From contig CAVWHO010000008.1 in the NCBI GenBank assembly GCA_963754875.1, positions 1 to 64,000 on the forward strand: a stretch of DNA of 64,000 bases, written 5' to 3'. This stretch comes from Nitrospirota bacterium (GTDB lineage: Bacteria; Nitrospirota; UBA9217). The notes under the pieces were generated by a model. The model worked only from the letters and a program-made list of their open reading frames with translations, was not told the DNA's origin and did not search any database. The translations under genes and the position numbers were made by a program. Shown piece after piece: positions 53,822 to 64,000 of the stretch (positions within the stretch are counted from its first letter, which is position 1; each line of letters starts with the position of its first letter).

Positions 53822-55219
53822 ATGGACAGCAAGAGACTCAATGCTGCGTTGCAACACTTTGCCGCTCACAAAGGTGCATTCGTGGACGATCTGAAAGACC
53901 TTATCCGCATCCCAAGCATCAGTTTTCCTGGTTTCGATCAAAAGCCGGTGAGGCGCTGTGCCGAGGCCGTGGCTGATCATTTAAAAACCGTCGGGCTCAA
54001 GGATGTTCGCATGCTGGAAGCGGGCATCGGCAATCCGTCGGTGTTCGCGCAAAGGGCCGACGCACCGGGTAAACCGACGGTCCTGTTGTATGCCCATTAC
54101 GATGTTCAACCGATCGGCCGGGAAGAACTCTGGACCACACCTCCATTCGAACCTTCGGAACGGAACGGGAGGCTCTATGGCCGGGGATCTGCAGATGACA
54201 AGGGCGGCGTGGCAATGTATCTCGCGGCACTCGGCTCTTTTCTGCAAACGAGCGGCGCCCTGCCGGTCAATGTCAAGGTTCTGATCGAAGGCGAGGAGGA
54301 GGTCGGGTCCTCGAACCTGTACGCCATTCTCGACAAAAACCGGGCACTACTGGCCGCTGATGCGGTGGTGATCGCCGACAGCGAGAACTTCGACAGCGGC
54401 GTCCCGACGCTGACGGCATCGCTGCGGGGCATTGTAACGGTCAACGTTGAAGTTCGATCACTCGCATCGAGCGTGCACTCGGGCACGTGGGGCGGCCCCC
54501 TGCCCGATCCCGTGATTGCCCTCGCCCGTATGATTGCGAGCCTCGTGGACGATGCAGGCAGACCTGTCGTCCCCGGTCTCCTGGACAAAGTACGACCGTT
54601 ATCTTCAACGGACAAGGCAAACCTCGACACTCTCCCGTTCAATGCAGCATTGTACCGAAAACAATCGAAACTGCTGGAAGGGGCAAAGATTATCGGCGGA
54701 GAAGGTTCTGTTTATGAAAAGATGTGGTACCGGCCTTCGATCGCTGTCAATGCGATTGAGGCAAGCAGCCGTAAACAGGCTGCGAATATCATCAACGACG
54801 TGGCATGGGCGCGCATCGGCATCCGCATCGTGCCAGATATGGACCCGGAACGAACACTGGATTTATTCACCGACTATCTGAAAAAGCAGGCACCGTGGGG
54901 AGTGCAGGTGACTGTGCAACCGGAGTCGCCATCACCGTGGTGGAAAACCGACACGGACGGCCCTGTATTCGAAGCCGCGCTGCGCGCTCTCGAAAAAGGA
55001 TATGGAAGGAAGCCCGTGGTAGCCGGTGCAGGAGGGTCGATCCCCTTCGTGCAGACGATTACCGAAGCGCTCGGCAATGTACCGGCCCTGCTCTTCGGCG
55101 TCGGCGACCCTTTTACGGCTGCACACTCGGAAAATGAAAGTCTCCTGATCTCGGACTGGGATAAAGGCTGCGGCAGCATCATAAACCTGTTAGCCGGTCT
55201 GAGCGAACTGAACGGTTGA
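53822..55219 (+). CDS. M20 family metallo-dipeptidase
   Basis: YAHYDVQP, GRGSADDK, EGEEE and AHSENE motifs. Confidence 0.9.
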   Translation: MDSKRLNAALQHFAAHKGAFVDDLKDLIRIPSISFPGFDQKPVRRCAEAVADHLKTVGLKDVRMLEAGIGNPSVFAQRADAPGKPTVLLYAHYDVQPIGREELWTTPPFEPSERNGRLYGRGSADDKGGVAMYLAALGSFLQTSGALPVNVKVLIEGEEEVGSSNLYAILDKNRALLAADAVVIADSENFDSGVPTLTASLRGIVTVNVEVRSLASSVHSGTWGGPLPDPVIALARMIASLVDDAGRPVVPGLLDKVRPLSSTDKANLDTLPFNAALYRKQSKLLEGAKIIGGEGSVYEKMWYRPSIAVNAIEASSRKQAANIINDVAWARIGIRIVPDMDPERTLDLFTDYLKKQAPWGVQVTVQPESPSPWWKTDTDGPVFEAALRALEKGYGRKPVVAGAGGSIPFVQTITEALGNVPALLFGVGDPFTAAHSENESLLISDWDKGCGSIINLLAGLSELNG

Positions 55220-55276
55220 CAAGCGTGTCGCTCCATGGTTTAATGAGAAAAATCTCGCTCGGAAGGAAGTCGTCGA

Positions 55277-55998
55277 TGTCCGAAAAAAAACAAGTTCTCA
55301 TTATTTGCCGAACAGCCGCTGGCCAGATGTACCTCGGCGTTCTCCTGAACCGGATCTGGTATTCCCCTGTTCTTGCAAAAACGCCAGAAGAAGGACTTCA
55401 CCTCGCACAGAACACCCCATTCACTATGATTCTCCTCGATGGCGACTTTGCGGCGGCCGAACTCCAACCGGCTATCACTCTTTTGAGGACCGACTCCTCG
55501 GTCAAGAACGTGCCGCTTGTTGTATTCTTGACGAACGACAACCCGGCCACGACCGAGACCCTGCTTTCACTGGGATGCTCGGCCATCCTGACAAAACCGC
55601 TTGACCTTGCGATGGTATATGGGATACTGGCACGGTTGAGCGGCCAGCCGAGAACTACTCCCCGCATACCGGTCAAATTGCGCGTAGAGATTGAGGAAGG
55701 GAAGCCGGAAAAGGCATTGACCTGCATTAACCTGTCGGAGGGGGGATTATATCTTCGAACGCTGGAACCGCTGCCGGGAGGCACGGTTCTTCATATTAAG
55801 TTCACGCTGCCCCATGATACCATGCCCATTAAAGTGGCCGCTGAGGTTGTCCGGTCGTTGAGTCTGGGTGCCCAGTTTGAAACTGAGCCCGGCATAGGCC
55901 TCCACTTCATCGACATGCCCGAAGACACGCTGCTCCGTATCAGAAACTATGTCCAGTGGGAAATGCTCGGCGACCTGGATTGGAAGTCGAATATTTAA
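55277..55998 (+). CDS. receiver-like domain plus PilZ domain protein
   Basis: LLD...KP receiver features; RTTPR and NLSEGG PilZ motifs. Confidence 0.8.
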
Positions 55999-56225
55999 AA
56001 ATATCTGTCACGGGGAAGGAGAAGAGACGAAAAAAAATGTGGACTTCCCCGCTGCCCGAATCCTTTCGCCGAGTTGTATAATTAAACATGACTTTGCAAT
56101 GGCTTTTGAGCTTTCACGACTGTATCAGTATTTTTCGTTCTGTCCCTTACCTCAGATGAGACGCGCCCCTCCCAGTAAACAGCCAATATTGACTCAGGCG
56201 ATGACCGGTCAAAGGTGAATGAGCG

Positions 56226-56921
56226 TTATAGCTGTGAGACGGATTTTGCGTCGACCATCACCGGTATCTTCTTCTCGATTTCTCTCAACGTCGCCGTAAG
56301 CGCATCACGCTGCTTCTCCGCAAGATAGGTCTGCTTGAAGCTGTCAAGGTTCTTTTCAAAATCACCGGTTTTTGCCTTGGGATTTTGCTGCTTATAGGCA
56401 ACAGCCAGTTCGGCGTCCGTGATCGCGACCCCGTCCCGTATAAGATCTTCCATTTTCTGCCGCAGGAGCACCTCGCGCTGGCTCGATTCAAAGGCGGCAG
56501 GAGTCATATTGACGCGGTCGAGAATCCGGTCATAGACTCTCTTGTCAAATTTGCCATTAACGGAAAAAGCAGGCATTTTAATGATGGAGGCCTGGAGTTC
56601 TTCATCACTCACCTGCAGCCCGATTCGCTCTGCTTCCGAGATCAGGAGCCGGTTCACAATCAATTCTTGCAGGGCCTGGGATTTAAGTCTCTTTGCAAAT
56701 TGGTCGTTGAACTGGTCTTTTAACAATTCTTTATAGTTGTCATATAAATTTCGATAAGCCCGATTGACTTCATCCGTCGTGATCACCGTATTTCCGACCT
56801 TGGCCGCCCTCGTGCCTCCGATGTTCGACGGATACATTCCGAAGAAAAGAAAGGTCACGGTGATGAGGCCAACAATGACCCACATCAACCAGCCCATGTG
56901 CTTCCGTATTTGTTCGAGCAT
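56226..56921 (-). CDS. SurA N-terminal domain protein (PpiD-like, no PPIase domain)
   Basis: MLEQIRK + TM helix; AERIGLQVSDEEL and AFSVNGKFD motifs. Confidence 0.8.
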   Translation of the reverse strand: MLEQIRKHMGWLMWVIVGLITVTFLFFGMYPSNIGGTRAAKVGNTVITTDEVNRAYRNLYDNYKELLKDQFNDQFAKRLKSQALQELIVNRLLISEAERIGLQVSDEELQASIIKMPAFSVNGKFDKRVYDRILDRVNMTPAAFESSQREVLLRQKMEDLIRDGVAITDAELAVAYKQQNPKAKTGDFEKNLDSFKQTYLAEKQRDALTATLREIEKKIPVMVDAKSVSQL

Positions 56922-56971
56922 GTAAAAATCCCCCCTACTTTTTTTAAATTATATTTTCAGTTTTTTCTTCA

Positions 56972-58402
56972 TTATTCCGAAAGTTTCTTTTTAAGCAGCT
57001 GGTTTACCAAGTCCGGGTTCGCCTTGCCCTTGCTCGCCTTCATCACCTGTCCCACGAAGAACCCGAAAAGCTTCTCTTTTCCTGCCCGGTAATCAGCCGC
57101 TTGGCCCGGATTGGCCTTGATCACGTCGTCAATGATCTGCTCGATAGCACCCGAATCCGAGACTTGGACAAGCCCCTTCTCTTTTACCACTGTTTCTGCG
57201 TCCTTGCCCGACCCATACATTTCCTCGAATACGGTCTTGGCAATCTTGGTGCTGATCACGCCGTCGCTGATCATCTTGATCATTCCCGCCAGTTTGTCCG
57301 GCTTGATTGGGCATGCCTCGATTTCCTTGCCGTCTGCATTGAGCAGACGCATCAGTTCGCCCATCATCCAGTTCGAAACCACTTTTGGCTGGCCCGAAAG
57401 TTTGACCGCTTCTTCGAAGTAGGACGCCATGGCCCTGCTCTGCGTCAGCATGTCCGCATCGTATTCAGGGAGTCCGTAATCCTTCACGAACCGACCGCGC
57501 TTGGCGTCCGGAAGCTCAGGTATGGTCGCGGCAATGCTCTCAATGGTTTCCTTTGACACGACGATCGGGACCAGATCAGGCTCAGGAAAATACCGGTAGT
57601 CATGGGCCTCCTCCTTGCTGCGCATTGAGAAGGTGACGCCTTTGGTCGAGTCGAAGAGACGCGTTTCCTGTACGACCTTGCCGCCCTCATCGAGGACCTG
57701 GGCCTGGCGCTTGATTTCATATTCGAGCGCCTTCTGGACGAACTTGAAGGAGTTCACGTTCTTGACTTCCGCCCTGGTGCCGAATTCCTTGGATCCCACG
57801 GGCCGGATAGAAACATTGGCGTCGCAGCGGAAGTTCCCCTTCTCCATGTCCGCGTCCGATACCTCGATATAGCGCAGGATGGAGCGGAGTTTCTTGAGAT
57901 ACTCCGATGCCTCCTCCGCCGTACGGATGTCCGGTTCGGACACGATCTCCATGAGCGGCGTACCGGCGCGGTTCAAGTCCACGAGGCTCGCACCGCTCTC
58001 TGACTGATGCAGGTTCTTGCCTGCGTCTTCTTCGAGATGAATGCGAGTAATGCCGATGCGCTTGATCTTACCGTCGACAACGATTTCCACATATCCGTGC
58101 TCACACACGGGAAGTTCATACTGAGATATCTGGTAACCTTTGGGAAGATCGGGATAGAAATAATTCTTGCGGGCGAACCTGCTGTAGGGGCTGACCGAAC
58201 AGTGCGTGGAAAGTCCGGTCTTGACGATAAATTCCACCGCCTTTTTATTCAGCACCGGCAGTACACCGGGCATGCCGATGCAGACCGGGCAGGTCCTTGT
58301 GTTCGGTTCTTCCCCGAACCGCGTCTCGCACCCGCAGAAGATTTTGGTATTGGTCTGAAGCTGGGCATGCACCTCAAGCCCGATGACTGCCTCGTATTTC
58401 AT
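56972..58402 (-). CDS. gatB: Asp/Glu-tRNA amidotransferase subunit B
   Basis: [20 protein letters not shown] and YRYFPEPDL motifs. Confidence 0.98.
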   Translation of the reverse strand: MKYEAVIGLEVHAQLQTNTKIFCGCETRFGEEPNTRTCPVCIGMPGVLPVLNKKAVEFIVKTGLSTHCSVSPYSRFARKNYFYPDLPKGYQISQYELPVCEHGYVEIVVDGKIKRIGITRIHLEEDAGKNLHQSESGASLVDLNRAGTPLMEIVSEPDIRTAEEASEYLKKLRSILRYIEVSDADMEKGNFRCDANVSIRPVGSKEFGTRAEVKNVNSFKFVQKALEYEIKRQAQVLDEGGKVVQETRLFDSTKGVTFSMRSKEEAHDYRYFPEPDLVPIVVSKETIESIAATIPELPDAKRGRFVKDYGLPEYDADMLTQSRAMASYFEEAVKLSGQPKVVSNWMMGELMRLLNADGKEIEACPIKPDKLAGMIKMISDGVISTKIAKTVFEEMYGSGKDAETVVKEKGLVQVSDSGAIEQIIDDVIKANPGQAADYRAGKEKLFGFFVGQVMKASKGKANPDLVNQLLKKKLSE

Positions 58403-58426
58403 GGCTGTTTTCCCTCTTCGTATTTT

Positions 58427-58481
58427 TGGACCAAGGCAACCGCGTTGCCGTGATTCACGCCATCGCGGATGGCTCGCTCCA
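58427..58481. repeat. inverted REP-like doublet between gatA and gatB
   Basis: TGGACCAAGGCAAC-CGC-GTTGCCGT (+) and TGGAGCGAGCCATC-CGC-GATGGCGT (-). Confidence 0.7.
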
Positions 58482-58483
58482 CA

Positions 58484-59942
58484 TTACAGCTTTGCCCTTT
58501 TCTTATGCCATTCCGTAGCCTGCTCGTAAGCAAAGGCCGCATGCAGGATGGACTCCTCGTCAAAGTGTTTCCCGAGAAGCTGGAGTCCGATCGGCAAATT
58601 CCCCGATGTGAACCCGCAGGGGACCGAGATCCCCGGAATTCCGGCAAGGTTCACGCTGATCGTAAAGATGTCGGACAGATACATCTGGAGCGGATCAGAC
58701 GACTTCTCGCCAATCTTGAACGCCGCGGTCGGCGCCGTGGGCGTAGCGATTACGTCTACAGTCTTAAAGGCCTCGTCGAAATCACGCTTGATCAACGTCC
58801 GGACCTGCTGTCCCTTTTTGTAATAGGCGTCGTAGTACCCGGCCGAAAGCGCATACGTGCCGAGCATGATCCTGCGTTTCACCTCGGGTCCGAATCCCTG
58901 GGCGCGCGTCTTCATATACATGTCCATCAGGTCCTTCGGCGCCCCGGCCCGTAACCCGTATTTTACGCCGTCGTAGCGCGCGAGGTTTGAACTTGCCTCG
59001 GAGGTCGCGAGGATATAGTAGGTCGCCACGGCAAAGTCCGTGTGGGGGAGCGAGACTTCGACGACCCTGGCGCCAAGCCCTTCAAGCGTTTTTACCGCGT
59101 CTTTGATAGCCTTCTCCACCTCATGGTCCATGCCTTCGATAAAGTACTCTTTCGGCAGGCCGATCTTCATCCCTTTGACATCTTTCCTGAGCGCTTTGGT
59201 AAAATCAGGGGCCGGGATATTCGCGGACGTTGAGTCCTTGTCATCGTGGCCCGAAATGACATTCAGGAGGAGCGCGGCGTCGGCAACGTCTTTTGTGATC
59301 GGGCCGATCTGGTCGAGCGACGAAGCAAATGCCACAAGCCCGAAGCGGGAGACCCTGCCATACGTCGGTTTGAGACCGACAACACCGCAGCATGAGGCGG
59401 GCTGACGGATCGATCCGCCCGTGTCCGAACCGAGTGAGCCGATGCATTCTCCCGCTGCGACCGCTGCTGCCGAGCCGCCGCTCGATCCTCCGGGGATCCG
59501 TTCGAGGTCCCAGGGATTTTTCGTGATGAAGAATCCCGAGTTCTCCGTCGAGGACCCCATGGCGAATTCGTCCATGTTCGGCTTGCCACACAGCACGTAG
59601 CCTGCCCGTTTAAGGTTACGGACAACGGTCGCATCATAAGGCGGCACGAAATTGCCGAGTATCTTCGATGCACAGGTGGTCCTGATGCCGTCGGTGCACA
59701 TGTTGTCCTTTACCGCGATCGGAATGCCGAGCAGCCGCGACGTGTCTCCGGCCTTGATCCGTTTGTCCGCTTCCCGGGCCTGCGCGCGTGCGATCTCTTC
59801 GGTGACCGTTATGTAGGCCTTGACCTTGCCGTCCACGGCCTTGATCCTGCCGAGGACCGACTCGGTAATCGCCTCGTGACGTGGTCTCGCCTTTTTTCAG
59901 CATGTCATGCAGTTCATGAATCGTCAGCTGACAGAGCTCCAT
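58484..59942 (-). CDS. gatA: Asp/Glu-tRNA amidotransferase subunit A (frameshift near 59870)
   Basis: [19 protein letters not shown] and SSNLARYDG motifs; N-terminus in ORF 59634..59942. Confidence 0.95.
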
Positions 59943-60295
59943 TATTTCTCCTTCACCCGGTTGTTTTCATCAACGAGCACGATCCTGGGTTTAAAACTCT
60001 TGAGTTCCTCTTCGTTGAAGTACTCGTAGCAGAAGACGATGACTTTGTCTCCTTTCAACCCTTTTCTGGCTGTAGGACCGTTCAGCACCATTTCTCCGGC
60101 GCCGCGCTTGCCCGGGATAACATAGGTCTCGAACCGCTCCCCGTTGTTCAGGTTGGAGACGCTCACCTGTTCATAGGGAAGAATGCTCGCTGCCTCGAGG
60201 AGCAAGGGATCGACGGTCAGGCTCCCCTCATATTCAAGATTGGAATCCGTCACGGTCGCCCGGTGGATTTTTGATCGAAGCATTAATCTAAACAT
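59942..60295 (-). CDS. panD: aspartate 1-decarboxylase
   Basis: [13 protein letters not shown] and [12 protein letters not shown] motifs. Confidence 0.95.
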   Translation of the reverse strand: MFRLMLRSKIHRATVTDSNLEYEGSLTVDPLLLEAASILPYEQVSVSNLNNGERFETYVIPGKRGAGEMVLNGPTARKGLKGDKVIVFCYEYFNEEELKSFKPRIVLVDENNRVKEK

Positions 60296-60313
60296 GGTGT
60301 TTATCCTTCCATT

Positions 60314-60397
60314 TGGACCAAGGCGACCATGTCGCCGTTCCCTTGTTTGAGCAGATTATGAACTCGCCGTTTACGCCGACGCGGTCAGCTCGATCCA
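60314..60397. repeat. inverted REP-like doublet between gatC and panD
   Basis: TGGACCAAGGCGAC-CAT-GTCGCCGT (+) and TGGATCGAGCTGAC-CGC-GTCGGCGT (-). Confidence 0.7.
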
Positions 60398-60400
60398 TAT

Positions 60401-60688
60401 CTATTCAATAATCTTCGGCACCTTGTAATGCCCCGCGGCCTTGTCCGGCGCATTGCCGAGCGCCTTCTCCTGGGTCAGGCTCTCCGCCGGCACATCGTCG
60501 CGCATGACGTTGTTGATGTCCAGGACATGGGACGTCGGCTCGACGCCGTTCGTGTCCAGCTCACTCATTTTTTCGACATAGGTGAGAATGTTCGAAAGCT
60601 GGTCCGTAAGCTTTTCCTTCTCCTGCTCCGACAGCTCCAGCCTCGCAAGCTTGGCCACATGTTCGACTTCCTTTTTCGTAATTTTCAT
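60401..60688 (-). CDS. gatC: Asp/Glu-tRNA amidotransferase subunit C
   Basis: EVEHVAKLARL, VEPTSH and YKVPKII motifs. Confidence 0.95.
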   Translation of the reverse strand: MKITKKEVEHVAKLARLELSEQEKEKLTDQLSNILTYVEKMSELDTNGVEPTSHVLDINNVMRDDVPAESLTQEKALGNAPDKAAGHYKVPKIIE

Positions 60689-60771
60689 GATGAAGACCTC
60701 ATTTTGCCACGAAGGCACGGAGACACTAAGTTAAATCCTGAATCCTGGATCTTTCACTCTGTGGTTAGGCA

Positions 60772-63000
60772 CTAAATCACTTCTAAGTTCGCGTACTTCA
60801 CCGCCAGCGTCTTCACGCCGTGTCCGGGGAAACTTACGCTGATTTTGAGATCATCCCCCGCCCCTTCGGACCGCTGCACCGTACCGAGACCGAACTTGGC
60901 GTGCCGCACCACGGCGCCTTTGTAGTACTTGTCCCCGGAACCGGCCTTGGCTGCCGACGGAGCTTCCGGATACTGCTCTTTCGATACTTTTCGCGCCGAG
61001 GCAAAGGAAGCATTTTCCCACGGTACGCGGTCCCGAAAGGAATAGGTTGCTGTTGAATCCGAGGCTGAGAATTCCATGGCCTCGCGCGGGATCTCCTGCA
61101 CAAAGCGGGACATCAGATTGGACTGCGGATAGCCGTAAAGCCTGCGTTCCGTTGCATGGGTGAGAATCAGGCGTTCCTTCGCCCGCGTGATACCCACATA
61201 ACAGAGCCGCCGCTCTTCCTCGAGTTCTTCTTCGCTCTCCGCAGAACGGGAGTGCGGAAAGAGCCCTTCCTCCATGCCGGCCAGGAACACGACGGAGAAT
61301 TCGAGGCCCTTGGCGTTATGCAGCGTCATGAGCGTTACGGAGTCCGTGTTCACGCGTCCGCTGTCCGCCGCTGTCTGCTGCTCCAGGTCGGTGATGAGCG
61401 CGACCTGGTCCAGGAATGCGGGAAGCGTCGAGTCGCGGTTCTGCTCCTGAAAGTCCTCGGTCGCGGTCATGAGTTCGTTCAGGTTTTCCAGCCTGATCCG
61501 GGATTCCACGGTCTTGTCCTGCTCAAGCGCCGCCCCGTACCCGCTTTCGTGGATCACCCGCCTCACGAGGTCTGTGATGGTGAGCGTTCCGAGATCGGCC
61601 CGCATCCGATCCATCATGCCCGTAAATTCCTTGAGTTTCTTTTTTGCCGAAGGGGTCACGTCGGTTGCGTCCGCGTTCATCACGGCCTGGTACAGCATGA
61701 AGCCGCCCAGCGCTGCCGCCCGCTCCAGCTTATCGATCGTCGTGTCGCCGATGCCGCGCGCCGGTACGTTGATGATCCGGCGCAGGCTGACGAGGTCCGC
61801 GGGATTTTGGAGCACCCGCAGATAGGCGATGATGTCCTTGATCTCCTTGCGGTCGTAGAACCGCAGGCCGCCGAAGATCCGGTACGGGACGCCGTAGTTG
61901 CGGAGGGCGTCTTCCAGGGCGCGCGACTGGGCGTTGGTGCGGTACAATACTGCGATCTGGCGAAGACTCCTGCCTTCATCAACCTCCTGCTGAACGGTCC
62001 GGCAGATGTAGCGCGCTTCGTCCTTTTCATCAAATGCTTTGTAACACTGTATTTTATCACCACCGTGTTTTTGTGTCCAGAGCTCCTTCGGTTTCCTGCC
62101 GAGGTTGCGCGCCACGACCGCCCCGGCGGCGCCCAGGATATTCTGCGTCGAGCGGTAGTTCTGTTCGAGCTTGATCACCTTGGCCGCGGGATAATCCTTC
62201 TCGAAGTTCAGGATGTTCGAGATGTCCGCCCCGCGAAACCGGTAGATGCTCTGGTCGTCGTCGCCTACGACGCAGAGGTTCTTTCGTAGCGCCGTCAGCA
62301 GCCGCACCAGGCGATACTGGGCATGGTTCGTATCCTGATACTCGTCGATCAGGATATGGTGAAACACACCCTGGTAATACCCCAGGACGTCCTGGTGCTG
62401 CTCAAAGAGTTTGACGGTGAGCATGAGCAGGTCGTCGAAATCGAGGCCGTCCGATTCTCTGAGCTTTTCCTGGTAAAGCGAGTAGACCCGGGACACGGCC
62501 TCTTCGAACCCGAAATGGCCGCTCGTTTTATCGTACTGTTCAGCGTCGATAAGGTTGTTCTTGAGCGCGCTGATCTTGGCGCTGATCGCCCGGGGCTGAT
62601 ACTGCTCGCCGTCGATACGCAAGTCCGCCATGCACGCCTTGATGAGCGAAGAACGGTCGGTCTCGTCGTAGATGACGAACGACCGCTTGTATCCCAGTCG
62701 GTCGGCATGCTGCCGAAGTATCCGGACGCAGGCGGAGTGGAACGTGCTGATCCAGAGCCTGTTGAGCGGGACATCGATCATCCGTTCGACGCGTTCCCGC
62801 ATCTCGTTCGCTGCCTTATTCGTAAAGGTCACCGCGAGAATGTCGCTCGGATCGACATTTCGTTCGCGGATCAGATGCGCGATCCTGCAGGTGATCACCC
62901 GCGTTTTGCCGCTTCCCGCTCCGGCCAGGATGAGGAGCGGCCCATCGCCGAACAGCACGGCCTCGCGTTGCGGCGGGTTAAGATTTTCAAGATAATCCAT
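60772..63000 (-). CDS. pcrA: ATP-dependent DNA helicase PcrA/UvrD
   Basis: AGAGSGKT, DEYQD, LEQNYRS, KGLEF and EERRLCYV motifs. Confidence 0.97.
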   Translation of the reverse strand: MDYLENLNPPQREAVLFGDGPLLILAGAGSGKTRVITCRIAHLIRERNVDPSDILAVTFTNKAANEMRERVERMIDVPLNRLWISTFHSACVRILRQHADRLGYKRSFVIYDETDRSSLIKACMADLRIDGEQYQPRAISAKISALKNNLIDAEQYDKTSGHFGFEEAVSRVYSLYQEKLRESDGLDFDDLLMLTVKLFEQHQDVLGYYQGVFHHILIDEYQDTNHAQYRLVRLLTALRKNLCVVGDDDQSIYRFRGADISNILNFEKDYPAAKVIKLEQNYRSTQNILGAAGAVVARNLGRKPKELWTQKHGGDKIQCYKAFDEKDEARYICRTVQQEVDEGRSLRQIAVLYRTNAQSRALEDALRNYGVPYRIFGGLRFYDRKEIKDIIAYLRVLQNPADLVSLRRIINVPARGIGDTTIDKLERAAALGGFMLYQAVMNADATDVTPSAKKKLKEFTGMMDRMRADLGTLTITDLVRRVIHESGYGAALEQDKTVESRIRLENLNELMTATEDFQEQNRDSTLPAFLDQVALITDLEQQTAADSGRVNTDSVTLMTLHNAKGLEFSVVFLAGMEEGLFPHSRSAESEEELEEERRLCYVGITRAKERLILTHATERRLYGYPQSNLMSRFVQEIPREAMEFSASDSTATYSFRDRVPWENASFASARKVSKEQYPEAPSAAKAGSGDKYYKGAVVRHAKFGLGTVQRSEGAGDDLKISVSFPGHGVKTLAVKYANLEVI

Positions 63001-63087
63001 GATAACAGTATAAGAGCCGGAAGACAGGAGCTGGAACACAGGAGAACCCCTCGTGACTCCTTGCTCCTAGCTACTGACTGCCGCCTT

Positions 63088-64000
63088 TTACTCCACCGTG
63101 ACGCTTTTCGCCAGGTTCCTCGGCTGATCAACATCCGCGCCGAGCAGCACTGCAATGTGGTATGCCAGGAGCTGAAGCGGAATGGTCATGAGGATCGGCA
63201 TGAGCAACTGGTTCGTGGCCGGGATGGGGATCGCATGAGTGACCCGCTTTGCAATCTCCGTATCGCCTTCCGTCACGACGGCGATCACGACACCGCCCCG
63301 GGCCTTGACTTCTTCGATGTTCGCGAGGATCTTGTCGTAGACGCCGTTTTTCCCCGCCAAAACCACGACGGGCATGTTCTCGTCAATGAGCGCAATCGGC
63401 CCATGCTTCATCTCGCCTGCGGGATACCCCTCGGCGTGAATATAGGATATTTCCTTGAGCTTGAGTGCGCCTTCGAGTGCTACGGGGAAATTCGGCCCCC
63501 TGCCGAGATAGAGGAAGTCGCTGGCCTTGAAATATTGTTTCGCGACTTGTTCAACCTGTTCATTTGTTTCCAGGCAGCGTTCGACGAGCGTAGGAATGTG
63601 CACGAGGTCGGCAAGCCGTGTTTTCACTGTTTCGGCTGAAAGCGTGCCGCGCAGGCTCCCGAAGTAAAGTCCGAAAAGATAGAGCGCTGTCAGCTGGGCG
63701 GTGAATGCTTTGGTCGAAGCGACGCCTATTTCAGGGCCCGCATGGGTATAGATCACGCCGTCGGCCTCGCGGCTGGCTGTCGAACCGACGACATTGCAGA
63801 CGACGATCACCGTGGCCCCTCGCTTCTTTGCCTCGCGCATGGCTGCAAGCGTGTCCGCCGTCTCCCCGGACTGGGTAATAGCGATGAACAGGTCATCCTT
63901 GCCCACGAGCGGGCTCCGATACCTGAACTCCGAAGCAATATCGACCTCCGTCGCGATGGAGGCGAGTTCCTCGAACAGGTACTTGCCCACAAGCCCGGCG
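63088..64000 (-). CDS. glmS: glutamine-fructose-6-phosphate aminotransferase, C-terminal SIS domains (partial)
   Basis: [20 protein letters not shown] and [11 protein letters not shown] motifs. Confidence 0.97.
   Translation of the reverse strand, partial: AGLVGKYLFEELASIATEVDIASEFRYRSPLVGKDDLFIAITQSGETADTLAAMREAKKRGATVIVVCNVVGSTASREADGVIYTHAGPEIGVASTKAFTAQLTALYLFGLYFGSLRGTLSAETVKTRLADLVHIPTLVERCLETNEQVEQVAKQYFKASDFLYLGRGPNFPVALEGALKLKEISYIHAEGYPAGEMKHGPIALIDENMPVVVLAGKNGVYDKILANIEEVKARGGVVIAVVTEGDTEIAKRVTHAIPIPATNQLLMPILMTIPLQLLAYHIAVLLGADVDQPRNLAKSVTVE

Overview
Bacterial chromosomal window, most genes on the minus strand. Gene content suggests an anaerobic Nitrospirota/Desulfobacterota-like organism (inference only). 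Scattered single-base frameshifts, including in gatA, point to uncorrected long-read errors. Left to right: (1) 1-12.4 kb, a type II FAS/aryl-polyene- or ladderane-candidate-like lipid cluster with a radical SAM/SPASM-hotdog fusion; (2) archaeal/eukaryotic-type pheS-pheT, a SPOR protein, queA, yjbQ, a four-helix-bundle gene and a Na/Pi cotransporter; (3) a type I-E CRISPR-Cas locus (44 repeats), preceded by a DEDDh exonuclease, a second four-helix-bundle gene and a complete 2000-nt group II intron; (4) a YkuD(ElsL-like)-Mur ligase fusion, HtrA, TAXI, an isochorismatase-family protein and a DMT; (5) an NHEJ locus (two Ku, split LigD, DUF72); (6) dus, csp, CBM48, M20 peptidase, REC-PilZ, SurA_N, gatC-panD-gatA-gatB, pcrA and partial glmS. 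Best candidate for an undescribed system: both four-helix-bundle (23S-IVS-protein/bAvd-fold) genes are enclosed by short-period (7- or 9-nt) self-complementary repeat arrays. Gene-less hairpins of similar style lie between other operon genes. The group II intron sits in the centre of a palindrome of one array, and its predicted EBS1 loop (AACCGU) is complementary to the repeat core.
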